A stretch of DNA of 64,000 bases, taken from the IMG/VR virus record IMGVR_UViG_3300036961_000217; one strand, 5' to 3'. The stretch is from an uncultured virus (IMG/VR IMGVR_UViG_3300036961_000217). Lineage: Duplodnaviria; Heunggongvirae; Uroviricota; Caudoviricetes. The position numbers and the translations under genes are program-made. Below are positions 19,868 through 30,384 of the stretch, piece after piece. The notes beneath the pieces were generated by a model. It saw only the letters and a list, made by a program, of their open reading frames with translations, ran no database searches and was not told where the DNA came from. The stretch's first letter is position 1; every line of letters starts with the position of its first letter.

Positions 19868-20879
19868 GATCTTTGGGTTTCCTGAATTGACCTGGAAATT
19901 GAAGCTGCCAATTTGAATTTGCTTGTTGTGGAATGCAAGCTCGTTGAGGACACTTGCAAAGGTGCTGTTGACATGTGCTATGATTTCTATTTCATTTGTT
20001 TTTATTTTGAGGCTCCCTTTTCATAACTCAGGATCGCTCTAATTTCGGTATTGGTTGATTTGATTTTGACATTGTATATCGGGGAAAGTTTTTTCACAAA
20101 ATTGGAGGACTCCCTGCTTTAGCTTCAAATTTGATTTCATGGATATCCTTGATTTCCTGATCATCAATTATAATAGATCCTTTTCCTCCATTTTTATTTA
20201 GTTCTATTTCTACATTGTGAGTGTCCATCTTATAACTCCAGTTTCTTGAAGTAGAACCAGATATTACTTCCCTTTTGCTTTTGCTCTGTTACGATGTAAT
20301 CTATTTCTCCAAACCTTATTGGTGCTTTTGAATTCAATAGGTCAGTGAAGAATTGAAAGTTTTCATCATCGATTGATGCTGCAATACGGAACTTAAGTAT
20401 TTCTGATTTATCAAGGTTCATTCTTGTACTCCTTCTAGTCTTTGTGATTCCATAATCCATTATACATTTTTGAATATGGCTCTTGATATACGATCCATAT
20501 GTTCCCTTTCTTATCTTGTTTAATATCCATAATCTTCATTACATGTAGTTGCTTAAATGGATTTAGGTCCCCATCTTGAAGTACATACTACTTACCTATC
20601 TCTGGTTTCGGCTTCTTTTTAAATGGCCACATATCCATCCTTTCTCTCACTTCATCTACAATGACAAACACAATCCACAACAAAAGTATCATCGTAGACA
20701 TACTTGCGCAAATGAGAACAGTGAACATTCCAAGGAAAGTAATAAAATGATGAAACTCCATCGATAAGTTTTCCATTTGTTTTACTCATTCATAAATTGA
20801 AACTGAGGTCTTGATTCTGATTTCATCATAATTATTGTAGATATCATCAGAATAGCCATTGCGATAATCAAGAAATATT

Positions 20880-21179
20880 TCATTTGTCCTCCTTTGGCAA
20901 TTTGGGAATAGACATCCAATAATCAACACCCCAATCAGCCCATCGTCTTCCTTCTTCGTCTACTAATTGTCCGATATCGAAATGGTCTTCGTTTTTAGTA
21001 GTAAACGGTCTCTTGCCACCTCTAATGACATGCTCTCCGTTATTTGGAAGCTCATCCTCAACTTTTTTCCATTGGTTTTCCAAGGCAGCGTTCCAGGCAG
21101 CTTCGATATCTCCTAGTATTGAATTATCCCTACATTCCTGAGAGTTTTTATATTTATTCCACCACTTATCGAATGTCAT
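20880..21179 (-). CDS. DUF551-like protein
   Basis: WKKVEDELP...VDYWMSIPKLP. Confidence 0.65.
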   Translation of the reverse strand: MTFDKWWNKYKNSQECRDNSILGDIEAAWNAALENQWKKVEDELPNNGEHVIRGGKRPFTTKNEDHFDIGQLVDEEGRRWADWGVDYWMSIPKLPKEDK

Positions 21180-21499
21180 CTATTATCCCCTTTGAGAGAA
21201 TTGTTATTCTGTCTGAATTTAAGTTTTTCGATATTAATTTTTGCTACTGAATTCAGATCGATTCTAAGCTCGGTTGCCAGTGCCGCAACGTACCAGAGTA
21301 CATCTCCGAGTTCATCGATAAGCTTAGCTTCCCTTGGAGATGTCATGTTTCCATGGTCATCCCTCATGATCTTCTTAATCTGGTTGCAAACCTCTCCTGC
21401 TTCACCGGCAAGGCCGATAGCAGGATAGTACACGTTGTTCCCCCTGTCTGGATAGAATGCGGTCTCTTGTGATTGTTCTTGATACTCATTCAGCGTCAT
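21176..21499 (-). CDS. MazG-like NTP pyrophosphohydrolase
   Basis: GLAGEAGEV, DELGDVLWY, NIEKL. Confidence 0.9.
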   Translation of the reverse strand: MTLNEYQEQSQETAFYPDRGNNVYYPAIGLAGEAGEVCNQIKKIMRDDHGNMTSPREAKLIDELGDVLWYVAALATELRIDLNSVAKINIEKLKFRQNNNSLKGDNR

Positions 21500-21731
21500 T
21501 GGAATTCCTTTTATAATGGGTTAGTAAAACATACATTGCTTCTTCATTCGTCCATATCCCTTTCAATTGCGTCTGCTATCCCAAGAAAATCTGCTATTGT
21601 CATTTTGAAAACACGTATCCAACCGCCATCGTTATTTTTTCTATACAGTGTTATTATATTACTGCCTTTTAATTCATTGTTGATATAATATTTTGCCATA
21701 CAACTTGACGCAATCACCTCTCTTTGTATCT

Positions 21732-22646
21732 TCATTTTATCTCCTTAAACAATCCTGGATATGACTTAAATATAAAATCATCTGTTGATATAAGATATCT
21801 ATTTACTATATCGAAATTTATCATGATTGAATTCTCTCTCTTAAGATATGCATAATATGATAAATTATTTAGAATAATTTCAAGCTCTCCAATGGTATCG
21901 AATGTTATTATACCATTTGCATCGAAATAATTGCCAATATTTTTCATCCCATTGTATATAGGGACGGTTCCTGTTGCGAAGCAGTCTAGTATTTTTTCTG
22001 AAAAGTAGTCTGGAACATCTGAATTTTCGACGACAATGGAGAACATATAATCTCTAAGTCCATCATCTTTAAATTCCAATTCATGTTCTCTTAAGATACC
22101 AAATACATCTACTTGGTCGAAATACCTGCCTAGATGGTCTGCAATATCGCATCGAAATATTTGCTTTGGTGTCGATCTTTTGGTGGACGCGAACATTGAA
22201 GCATGTTTATTCTTTTCATATACTCCTCTATTTTTGATCCATGTGGTGCTCGGAGGAAACCATAATCCTTTGTTTCCTAACATGTCGAGTAGTTGACGAT
22301 CATGAGTAAGTACATAGTGAAAATTTCTATGGTATTTTCTTATGTATTTATAAGCTTCACCAATTATTACCTCTGGCTCTATTAACATTGCGACTTTGTA
22401 CTTGCATGGGATTTTTTCTACAAATATAGTACATAGGTCAGTAAAAAATATGGTGTCGTCTGGATCTGAGTCGAATTCGTGAATCCATTCTATATACTTT
22501 GACCCCAGCATTGCAATTGATGATTGATGGGAAAACGACGTATCAACTATCTTGGCTTTTGTCTTATCTACTTTCAAAGTGCCCACCTGTCTCTTCCCTC
22601 CAATTCCATTCTTCGTCAAATAGTGTTGCCCAATCATCGTCATCAA
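21732..22646 (-). CDS. GT10 (alpha-1,3-fucosyltransferase-like) glycosyltransferase; true start probably ~22576
   Basis: YMFSIVVENS...YFSEKILDCFATGTVPIY.G motif. Confidence 0.8.
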   Translation of the reverse strand: MMTMIGQHYLTKNGIGGKRQVGTLKVDKTKAKIVDTSFSHQSSIAMLGSKYIEWIHEFDSDPDDTIFFTDLCTIFVEKIPCKYKVAMLIEPEVIIGEAYKYIRKYHRNFHYVLTHDRQLLDMLGNKGLWFPPSTTWIKNRGVYEKNKHASMFASTKRSTPKQIFRCDIADHLGRYFDQVDVFGILREHELEFKDDGLRDYMFSIVVENSDVPDYFSEKILDCFATGTVPIYNGMKNIGNYFDANGIITFDTIGELEIILNNLSYYAYLKRENSIMINFDIVNRYLISTDDFIFKSYPGLFKEIK

Positions 22647-22749
22647 GGTTTTCAGCCGCCCATTTACAATATGAAGATGGAATATCTTCTATATCGTGTC
22701 CAGAGTATTTTCCAAATGGGACGATTGTAGCATTCATATCAACCTCCAA
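22564..22749 (-). CDS. DUF3820-like small protein
   Basis: PFGKYSG..I.DIP.SY..W. Confidence 0.7.
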   Translation of the reverse strand: MEVDMNATIVPFGKYSGHDIEDIPSSYCKWAAENLDDDDWATLFDEEWNWREETGGHFESR

Positions 22750-22925
22750 TTAATTTTATTGCGATATCCATTATGCAATATATCAACATTGTTCCACCTC
22801 CAACTATCGAGACCAATACACACAATCCTGGAGCAGTTGTTAAGTGGCTTATCTTATCTAGACACATACCAAGTCCCATCCAAAATACAACCCAAAGCGA
22901 CATAAATATCCAAGGTTTCATTTTT

Positions 22926-23225
22926 TTATTCCTTCTTCTCTTGAGCCATAGCTTCAATTTCTTCGGTTAACAATTCATTCTCTCTTCTATTCCTAACAGA
23001 AATAGATTCGTATTTTACTGGTTTTCTTTTTTTTGACCCTAAACAAATGGGACATATTGCGTTTTTCTTGCTTTTTAATTGCCATCCATCTTCGATTGCC
23101 TGTTTTTTCAATAGTTTTATTTGGCCTATAGCATCAGACATCAAGTGAAAAATATCGGTTTGAAATATTTCCTCATCTCCACATTTCAAACAGACTATAC
23201 GCATTGATATTTTATACGATATCAC
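22926..23225 (-). CDS. Zn-ribbon hypothetical protein
   Basis: Two CxxC motifs. Confidence 0.55.
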   Translation of the reverse strand: MISYKISMRIVCLKCGDEEIFQTDIFHLMSDAIGQIKLLKKQAIEDGWQLKSKKNAICPICLGSKKRKPVKYESISVRNRRENELLTEEIEAMAQEKKE

Positions 23226-23424
23226 TGTTCTTGTTCCTCATCTCCCTCTTCGATGTGTCTTTTTGGTTCTCTATCCATTCTTACAAATTTCACATTCTCC
23301 AACACTATTGTGTTATCATCAATCCCTCTACTAGCAGAGTCTATGCATGTTTGTTCCATATCGATTCTCTGTTCTTCTGATATCTCGCAAATTCCGTAAT
23401 AACTCATATTATCTACTTGTAGTA

Positions 23425-24138
23425 TTATCGATATAAACATTCTTTATCTCCTATTATGATGTCCCATCTATCTAGATAGTCTTCTCTTTTTAATCTAAAT
23501 GATTTTTTAATATTAGTTTTATCAGGAGGTGGGATAATTATTGTTTTAATATTCATATGGTCGGATAGCTTAATGACCCCCCATTTGTCATGATGTCTCA
23601 TATATATTGCCAGTATTTCAATATTATGATCAATATTTTTTTGTACTTGTTTTATACTAACAATATAATTCATATTGTGATGACGGTCTTGCTCTCTACT
23701 GGTGACACAAATACAATTTCCATTTACATTAGTTATATTTTCATTGATTTTATCCCATCTAATATTAATGTTATTGTCTTTCATGATATTGGTAAATATC
23801 ATTCTTGCAATGGCATTGTGCTTCGTTGCATTCCTTGAACTGTCACCTGATAATATTTTCGATTCTGGATTACATGGGCATCCCATATTAGATATTTCAG
23901 CTTTTAAGTCGTCTTTTTTCTTTCTTCTAAATGAAGAATATGTTTCTCCATTAATATATCTAAACATTTGAGATATAAATTCTCTACTTCGATTGTACTT
24001 TCTAGCTATGGAAGCTAGACTCATAAATGGATTGGCTTTGACTCTTTCTAGATCATCTAAAAACTCCTTTCCATATAGTTCGTTCCAATCCTCCTCTACC
24101 TGCCTTCTTGTCCTTTTTTTTCTGCCTCTTTTTCCCAT
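23425..24138 (-). CDS. Putative HTH DNA-binding protein
   Basis: SLASIARKYNRSREFISQ; first gene of the leftward arm. Confidence 0.55.
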   Translation of the reverse strand: MGKRGRKKRTRRQVEEDWNELYGKEFLDDLERVKANPFMSLASIARKYNRSREFISQMFRYINGETYSSFRRKKKDDLKAEISNMGCPCNPESKILSGDSSRNATKHNAIARMIFTNIMKDNNINIRWDKINENITNVNGNCICVTSREQDRHHNMNYIVSIKQVQKNIDHNIEILAIYMRHHDKWGVIKLSDHMNIKTIIIPPPDKTNIKKSFRLKREDYLDRWDIIIGDKECLYR

Positions 24139-24209
24139 TTAGTCTCACTTTCTGTTTGATTATCGATCAAATTTTATCACAGTTTTCTTTTTTTTATGTT
24201 TTTTTAATT

Positions 24210-24223
24210 TTCGTGTATAATGT
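24210..24223 (+). promoter_or_regulatory. -10 element TCGTGTATAATGTA, also present at 38961-38974
   Basis: Identical 14-mer in two intergenic regions. Confidence 0.55.
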
Positions 24224-24710
24224 AGTGGTTTTCAATGAAAAAATCTTAAAATGGAGGTAAAAATGACCAAAAAGTGTGATTTTTGTTTAAAAAACGATGT
24301 AAAACTATTTAATATCCAAATGTTTTATGAGTTTTCAAACCGGATTTCTCATACGGTGATGTGTGAAAATTGTTTATCTTCCAGAGAATTTGTATATATT
24401 GACGAATCAAATATCATGAAATATTACAGGCCAACTGGAATTCGTCCTAGTTTGTTATTTGCAGAGGTTAAATATGAATAGTGACATCTCCATTGGCAAT
24501 TTGTATAGATGTGTAGTTTGTGGACACGAATTTGTTAAATTATATGATGAAGAACAAAATTATGTTCATTGTCCAAATTGCGATCCTAAACATATTCGAT
24601 TCAGCTGTTGTTTTCTAATGCAAAATGATGCCACTATTAGTGAAAAATTAGTATTAGATATGTTTGATAATGGTTTTTCAAAGATTATTTATTTTTAGTC
24701 GGAGTGAATT

Positions 24711-25391
24711 GTGATTGAGAATATATGGTATGAGTATGGAGTCTCTGATAAAACAGTGTCATTACTGTGTAAATGGATAGAAAAAAGAACACATATTGTC
24801 AATGGTCCATTCCTTCCAATGCATTCCCAAAGATTCATTATCAATAAAAAATACAACAAAAATGGTGTTGCCATATATTCAATGAATATACTTGAAGGCG
24901 TTGAACATGGAAGGTCAACGAGTCCAAAGGCGTTTACAAACATAGATGAATTTGGCTATGCATTTTATTGCCTAGACGATGAAGATATATTGATAATTTT
25001 ATCGTTTATTGATCCAATGAATGAATTAGAAAGTCGAAAGGAATGGATTAACTATTTAAAAGGGTTCAATATTAAGAAGTGCGATGAAAGGTTGGTATGT
25101 GCTATGGTTAAATTGCAAAAAGAAGCAGAGAAACGTGAACTTGTTCCATCAATTGAAGGAGAGATCAGGGGATGGGCGAATATCGCTGCATTCCTACGAT
25201 GTAGTATTCCAACTGCAATGAAATTGGCTATAGAAAAGAAACTTCCTATTTCGAGGCTTGGCACGGAAGTTTATAGTACGGAAACTGTGCTAAGGAATTT
25301 TTTGATGGAGAGGCTTGAGACTGCCCCTATTTGGAAAACAACTAAAAAGAAGAAAAAACGAGATGGAGGAAACAAAGATGGAACGGTATAG
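24711..25391 (+). CDS. Putative regulator with C-terminal HTH
   Basis: IRGWANIAAFLRCSIPTA...LPI motif. Confidence 0.6.
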   Translation: MIENIWYEYGVSDKTVSLLCKWIEKRTHIVNGPFLPMHSQRFIINKKYNKNGVAIYSMNILEGVEHGRSTSPKAFTNIDEFGYAFYCLDDEDILIILSFIDPMNELESRKEWINYLKGFNIKKCDERLVCAMVKLQKEAEKRELVPSIEGEIRGWANIAAFLRCSIPTAMKLAIEKKLPISRLGTEVYSTETVLRNFLMERLETAPIWKTTKKKKKRDGGNKDGTV

Positions 25392-25740
25392 AGCCGGGAA
25401 AATGGTTAAATTTATCTGTTCGAATTGCGATTATCCATTAAACGATATATTTTATGTTCCAGATCTGATTTGCCTCATATGTGGGGAGATTGAAATGACT
25501 CCTGTTTCAGTCCCTCATACTCATCGAGTTGACGATGTTGAAGCGGAAAATATCGGGATCAGTTCTGTCTTGGTTATCAAGGAATCACATATTGCAATTC
25601 ACACATGGCCATATTATCAGGCAGCAAGAATCGTCATTGATAGCTGTAAAGATTTTTCAGATCAAACTATTTTGACCTTCCTTCAAGAAAAATTAAAAAC
25701 ACAAAATATCAATGTAATACAAGAAGAATCTCATTCATGA
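25378..25740 (+). CDS. speD: S-adenosylmethionine decarboxylase-family pyruvoyl proenzyme
   Basis: GISSVLVIKESHIAIHTWP cleavage motif; DSCKDF. Confidence 0.85.
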   Translation: MERYRAGKMVKFICSNCDYPLNDIFYVPDLICLICGEIEMTPVSVPHTHRVDDVEAENIGISSVLVIKESHIAIHTWPYYQAARIVIDSCKDFSDQTILTFLQEKLKTQNINVIQEESHS

Positions 25741-25848
25741 TAGACATGACTTTTAATACTTTTTATTTTTTTTGAATTGACACCCTACACCTTACGTGCT
25801 AGATGATGTATAATTTGGAATAATAGTCTTTTACATTAAAGACTTATC

Positions 25849-25874
25849 AGCCAAGCTTCTTGCTTGGCTTTTTT
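25849..25874 (+). terminator. Intrinsic terminator just upstream of terS
   Basis: AGCCAAGC-TTCTT-GCTTGGCT-TTTTT. Confidence 0.75.
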
Positions 25875-25898
25875 GTTATCTGCAATTGGAGTGGAATC

Positions 25899-26603
25899 AT
25901 GAGGCGCATTCAAGTTAAAGACATCAAAATCAATCGTCCAACCAATTATCGTGAGCTTATGCAGGCTCATCGTGGGTATGGTTCGTCTAAGGATGAAGAC
26001 GGTCTCAATCTTCGCCAGAGAAAGTTTGTCGAATACTACATGGAGACTGGTAATCCTGGCGAGGCTTACAAAATGGCTGGAGGGATCGATTATCAGGATC
26101 AACAAATTACGAATCTTCGTGCCGCAAACATGTTGAAAAATCCCTATGTGAAAGAAGCCGTCAAGAAAAGACAGCAGCATTTTCAGAATAAGATGGAGAT
26201 CTCTCAAGAACGAGTTCTGCAGGAATACGCCTGTATCGCATTTTCAAAACTCACCGATTATTATGATGTTACCGAGAATGATGTTATCATAAAGAAACCA
26301 ACCGAACTTACTCCAGAGCAGCAAGCGGCTATTGCCGATATCTCCATTTTTGAAAATGTTGTTTCAGGTACTCGTCGCGTTGCAAAAGTCAAGCTTCATG
26401 ACAAGACTGAAGCATTGAAGTCTCTGAGCAAGTTCTTGGGCCTGTTCGAGAAAGACAATAAGCAGCGATCCAATGTCAATATCAAGATCGATGAAATTCT
26501 TTCTGGTCTTCCTCCTGAAATTGCAAATGCAGTCAGAAATAAGATTGTAAATGAAATAAAACCAATCGAATCGTATAATATGGATAACAGAACTATCAAT
26601 TAG
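25899..26603 (+). CDS. terS: Terminase small subunit
   Basis: RQRKFVEYY, LKNPYVK, VLQEYACIAF, KLHDK.AL..L.K.LGLF. Confidence 0.9.
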   Translation: MRRIQVKDIKINRPTNYRELMQAHRGYGSSKDEDGLNLRQRKFVEYYMETGNPGEAYKMAGGIDYQDQQITNLRAANMLKNPYVKEAVKKRQQHFQNKMEISQERVLQEYACIAFSKLTDYYDVTENDVIIKKPTELTPEQQAAIADISIFENVVSGTRRVAKVKLHDKTEALKSLSKFLGLFEKDNKQRSNVNIKIDEILSGLPPEIANAVRNKIVNEIKPIESYNMDNRTIN

Positions 26604-26611
26604 GTCATTTT

Positions 26612-29350
26612 ATGGAACAAGCTCAGATAGATCAGATAGTTCAAAATATCCTATTAAATTATCCTCCTGATTATCTAAAGCAATGGGCAGATAGTAATCA
26701 ATATCTTAAATATCAGAGTGACCCGATAGGGTTTGGAAGAGACATATTAAAGGAGACTTATACTACAGATGTAGAAAACATGATGCTCTCTGTTAGAGAT
26801 CATCAAATGACTGTTGCTATATCGGGTAATTCTACTGGGAAGTGCGTAGAAGAGAATGAACGCATTATCCTCTCGGATGGGACTCTTGTTGTAGCGAAGG
26901 ATTTGATAGGCCAAAAATTTTCGATTTTGTCTTTTGGAGACGACTGGAAGCAAAAATCTTGTTCTGCTTTTGCATTTGATAATGGAGTTCAGCCAGTATT
27001 TAAAGTATCTATTGACGGTGGAAGAGAGATAGTTAGGACAGGAAATCATCCGTTATGGGCCGCTAGATTAAAGAAGACTAAAAATTCGAAACATGCTTTA
27101 CTTACTGTTGTTGATATGGGATGGAAAACTATTTCTGAATTGTCTAGTGAAGATATCGTTGCTGTACCAACAAAACTCAATACCATTAGACATAATGAAC
27201 AGGACGAAGACGATATTAAATTAGCTGCCTACTTATTAGCTGATGGTTGTATTATTAATGATATTAGATTTACTAAAAAATGTGGTATTGTTAAGAACGA
27301 ATTCGTAGAAATTATAGAAAGAATGGGATGTATTGCAAAGAAAACTGCAGATCCAAATACAATAAGAATTACAACCGATGAAAAATATCATGGATATGAT
27401 TCGAATCCTATACGGAATATAGTTAAGAGTTGGGGAATATTTGGTACAAAATCAAAACACAAAAGATTTCCAGATTGGATTTGGAGACTTTCTGACGACC
27501 AATTAGGACTATTCCTTAATAGGTTGTTCTCTTGTGATGGATGGGCCTATTCTAAGATTACAAAAAAAGGAAATAGGACCGAAATAGGATATTCATCAGC
27601 ATCAAAAGACATGATTGAAGATGTTTATTTTGCAGCATTAAGACTTGGTATTAGAGGTGATATTGTATACAAACTTGCCAAATGTGACGGTAAAAGTTTC
27701 GATGCATGGGTATGGACAATAAGAGATAAAGTCAATATCGACTTATTTAATAAAAATATTGGTCTTTTTGGAAAGCAAGAAGCACTTGATAGATGTGTTG
27801 ATATTAACAATGATAAAACCAAGACATTAAAATGGCCATACGTTAATATTCCAAGTGGATATAAATGGGAAAAAGTAAAATCAGTAGAGTACATTGGCGA
27901 TAAACCGACAGTCGGGATAAGTGTTCCGACTACCAATGTTTATTTAACAGACTTCGTTGAACATAATACGCATAGTTCTGCTAGTTTGGCTTTATGGTTT
28001 TATTTATGTCACCCAAGCTCTCTTATATTTACTGCGGCAGCACCTCCTTTAGATAATTTAAAACGTCTTTTGTGGGGAGAAATTGGAAGAAAAATATCTA
28101 GATGTAAAGACGATATATTCAATGGACACACATATAATGTAATGCATTTATGTGACAGTGAATGGCATTATATTACAGGTGTTGCGATTCCTCAATCGGG
28201 TGCTCCAGAACAAAAGACAGCGAAATTCTCTGGGAAGCACAGTCCGTACATGCTCTTTATAGTGGATGAAGCAGATGCAGTACCAGATGAAATATTTACA
28301 GGTATCGAAGGTTGCATGTCAGGTGGCCATGTTCGTTTGCTCTGTATGTTTAACCCCAGAATCATGGCTGGCTATGTCTATCGCAAAATTAGAGACAATC
28401 AATGTAATGTGGTTCATCTGTCAGCCTTCAATCACCCCAATGTGGTAACTGGCAAGGAAGTCTATCCAGGGGCAGTTTCGAGAGAAATAACAGTAAAACG
28501 AATCAATGAATGTTCCATTCCTCTTTATGCTACCGACGAGCCTGATCAGTACACATTTGAAGTCCCAAAATTCTTAGTTGGATGTACCGCAAAAAACGAT
28601 AAGGGAGTTGTCTACCCTCCTCTTCAGCCTGGATATCGAAAGGTTACGGACGCTCGTTTCTTCCACCAAGTCTTAGGCAGGTTTGGTCCACAAGGAGCAA
28701 ATCAGTTAGTTCCTCAAGACGCTATTGATCGAGCAAGATATCGTTGGGACGATTGGGTAAGCAGACACGGTGAAAATCCTCCTGAATTGGTTAGGCCGAT
28801 TTATGGCTTAGATGTTGCCGACCTTGGAGATGACAGCAATTGTAGATGTAAGAGATATGGGGATTGGGTAGCAAGATTTACTAGTTGGAAAGGTATTCAT
28901 CCTAATGAGTCTGCAGAACGTGTTGCTGACGAAGCCAAGATTGACAGTTCACTTAATGTGAATGTGGATTCGATTGGTATTGGGGTAGATGTCGCCCCGT
29001 TGCTTAGAAAAGCAGGAGTCAAAGCTTCTGGAATAAATATAGCAGAAAAACCTACCAAGGAGTATAAGAAGGACGAAAAGAACGTACTAAAGTTCTTTAA
29101 ATTAAGGGATCAACTCTATTGGGATACTGCAGAGTGGATTAAGAGTGATTATTCAATGCTTCCTCCAGATGAAAGGCTTATTGAGGAAGCAATGTGTATC
29201 ACTTACGAAGAAGACAAGACGACACGAAAGATCCGAGTGCTGTCAAAGGATAAAATGAAGGATGCTTTAGGAAGAAGTCCAGATCATTGGGATTCGTTGA
29301 CATTGACATTTGCACCAAAACCTAGATCTCCAAAGGCTAGGATATTATGA
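26612..29350 (+). CDS. terL: Terminase large subunit containing an intein
   Basis: Split Walker A GNSTGK/T, IVDEA, GLDVA, GRSPD..DSL. Confidence 0.93.
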   Translation: MEQAQIDQIVQNILLNYPPDYLKQWADSNQYLKYQSDPIGFGRDILKETYTTDVENMMLSVRDHQMTVAISGNSTGKCVEENERIILSDGTLVVAKDLIGQKFSILSFGDDWKQKSCSAFAFDNGVQPVFKVSIDGGREIVRTGNHPLWAARLKKTKNSKHALLTVVDMGWKTISELSSEDIVAVPTKLNTIRHNEQDEDDIKLAAYLLADGCIINDIRFTKKCGIVKNEFVEIIERMGCIAKKTADPNTIRITTDEKYHGYDSNPIRNIVKSWGIFGTKSKHKRFPDWIWRLSDDQLGLFLNRLFSCDGWAYSKITKKGNRTEIGYSSASKDMIEDVYFAALRLGIRGDIVYKLAKCDGKSFDAWVWTIRDKVNIDLFNKNIGLFGKQEALDRCVDINNDKTKTLKWPYVNIPSGYKWEKVKSVEYIGDKPTVGISVPTTNVYLTDFVEHNTHSSASLALWFYLCHPSSLIFTAAAPPLDNLKRLLWGEIGRKISRCKDDIFNGHTYNVMHLCDSEWHYITGVAIPQSGAPEQKTAKFSGKHSPYMLFIVDEADAVPDEIFTGIEGCMSGGHVRLLCMFNPRIMAGYVYRKIRDNQCNVVHLSAFNHPNVVTGKEVYPGAVSREITVKRINECSIPLYATDEPDQYTFEVPKFLVGCTAKNDKGVVYPPLQPGYRKVTDARFFHQVLGRFGPQGANQLVPQDAIDRARYRWDDWVSRHGENPPELVRPIYGLDVADLGDDSNCRCKRYGDWVARFTSWKGIHPNESAERVADEAKIDSSLNVNVDSIGIGVDVAPLLRKAGVKASGINIAEKPTKEYKKDEKNVLKFFKLRDQLYWDTAEWIKSDYSMLPPDERLIEEAMCITYEEDKTTRKIRVLSKDKMKDALGRSPDHWDSLTLTFAPKPRSPKARIL
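26843..27967 (+). mobile_element. 375-aa intein with LAGLIDADG endonuclease
   Basis: C1 (CVEENE) to HN/T; LAAYLLADG and FLNRLFSCDG; TGNHP block B. Confidence 0.93.
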
Positions 29351-29585
29351 TGTGTTATCAACCACTATCAGGATCTTGTCCTATTTGCGGTTCTGAATAT
29401 GACAAGATCATTCATGGTGGTTTACCAATGAAACTTTGTAAAAATGAAAATTGTAGTTGTATCTGGGGATTTTGGAGTTGGTGGTTAAATGTCATTCCAT
29501 TTACCGGATGGCTTATTAAATACGAATCTTCGTATTGGTCGGCATTGTGGTTTTATCTTTTCGGAGACGTAGAAGGGGAATAAAG

Positions 29586-29978
29586 ATGAAGAAAATCGTT
29601 TGTATTATTCTTTCTATTTTTATGTTTGGTTGTGTTGGTTCTCAAGTTATTAGTCAAACTCAAGTTAAAACATTGGCAATGGATGTCGCATACATTGCAT
29701 ATCAGGTTTCTCCAGAATCTAAGATGTATATTGACACTATTTGTGCATTGAATGATAAGCTTGGAGATAATACTTCCATTAGAGATGAAATTAAAGTCCT
29801 TGTTGAACATGTTTGGGTTGAGTCTTGGAGGCTTAACCAGATTGGATTGGTGTTGGCAGTCAACAATCTCGTAGCACTTACTGGATTGGCTGATAGTGCG
29901 AATGTTGCGGTTAATAAATTGGAAGATTTGGTTTCAGGTATGTGTCTTGGAGCTAAATTAGCTGCAGAGCTTGAATGA
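29586..29978 (+). CDS. Putative lipoprotein near lysis genes
   Basis: MKKIVCIILSIFMFGC lipobox-like. Confidence 0.55.
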   Translation: MKKIVCIILSIFMFGCVGSQVISQTQVKTLAMDVAYIAYQVSPESKMYIDTICALNDKLGDNTSIRDEIKVLVEHVWVESWRLNQIGLVLAVNNLVALTGLADSANVAVNKLEDLVSGMCLGAKLAAELE

Positions 29979-30384
29979 TATGAGTTCCATTTTTGACGAT
30001 GTAGTAAGAATTAATGGTAAACTTGCCCCGTATGAGTGTTATTGGGATTTGCCAAATGAAGAGGTAGACAAACTATCCAATGGATGTGGGCCTGGAGATT
30101 GGAAAATAGATTTAGTTCCAGACTCACTCTTAGGATGTGATTTTACAGAATCTTGCAATATACACGATGTGATGTATCACTTTGGTAAGGACAATGTAGA
30201 CAAACAACTTGCTGACCGTGTTTTCTTATACAACATACTTTACGATGTTGATTGTCATTGTTCTAATAGTGGGATTTTGAATAGAATAGAAAGAGTAGCA
30301 CTACGAGAATCGGCTTTCAGTTATTATCGTGCTGTAAGCGATCTAGGCAATAATTCATTTTGGAAAGACAAAAGTGAAAAATAG
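29971..30384 (+). CDS. Phospholipase A2-like phage protein
   Basis: NGCGP, CNIHDVMY, ADRVF. Confidence 0.55.
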   Translation: MNDMSSIFDDVVRINGKLAPYECYWDLPNEEVDKLSNGCGPGDWKIDLVPDSLLGCDFTESCNIHDVMYHFGKDNVDKQLADRVFLYNILYDVDCHCSNSGILNRIERVALRESAFSYYRAVSDLGNNSFWKDKSEK

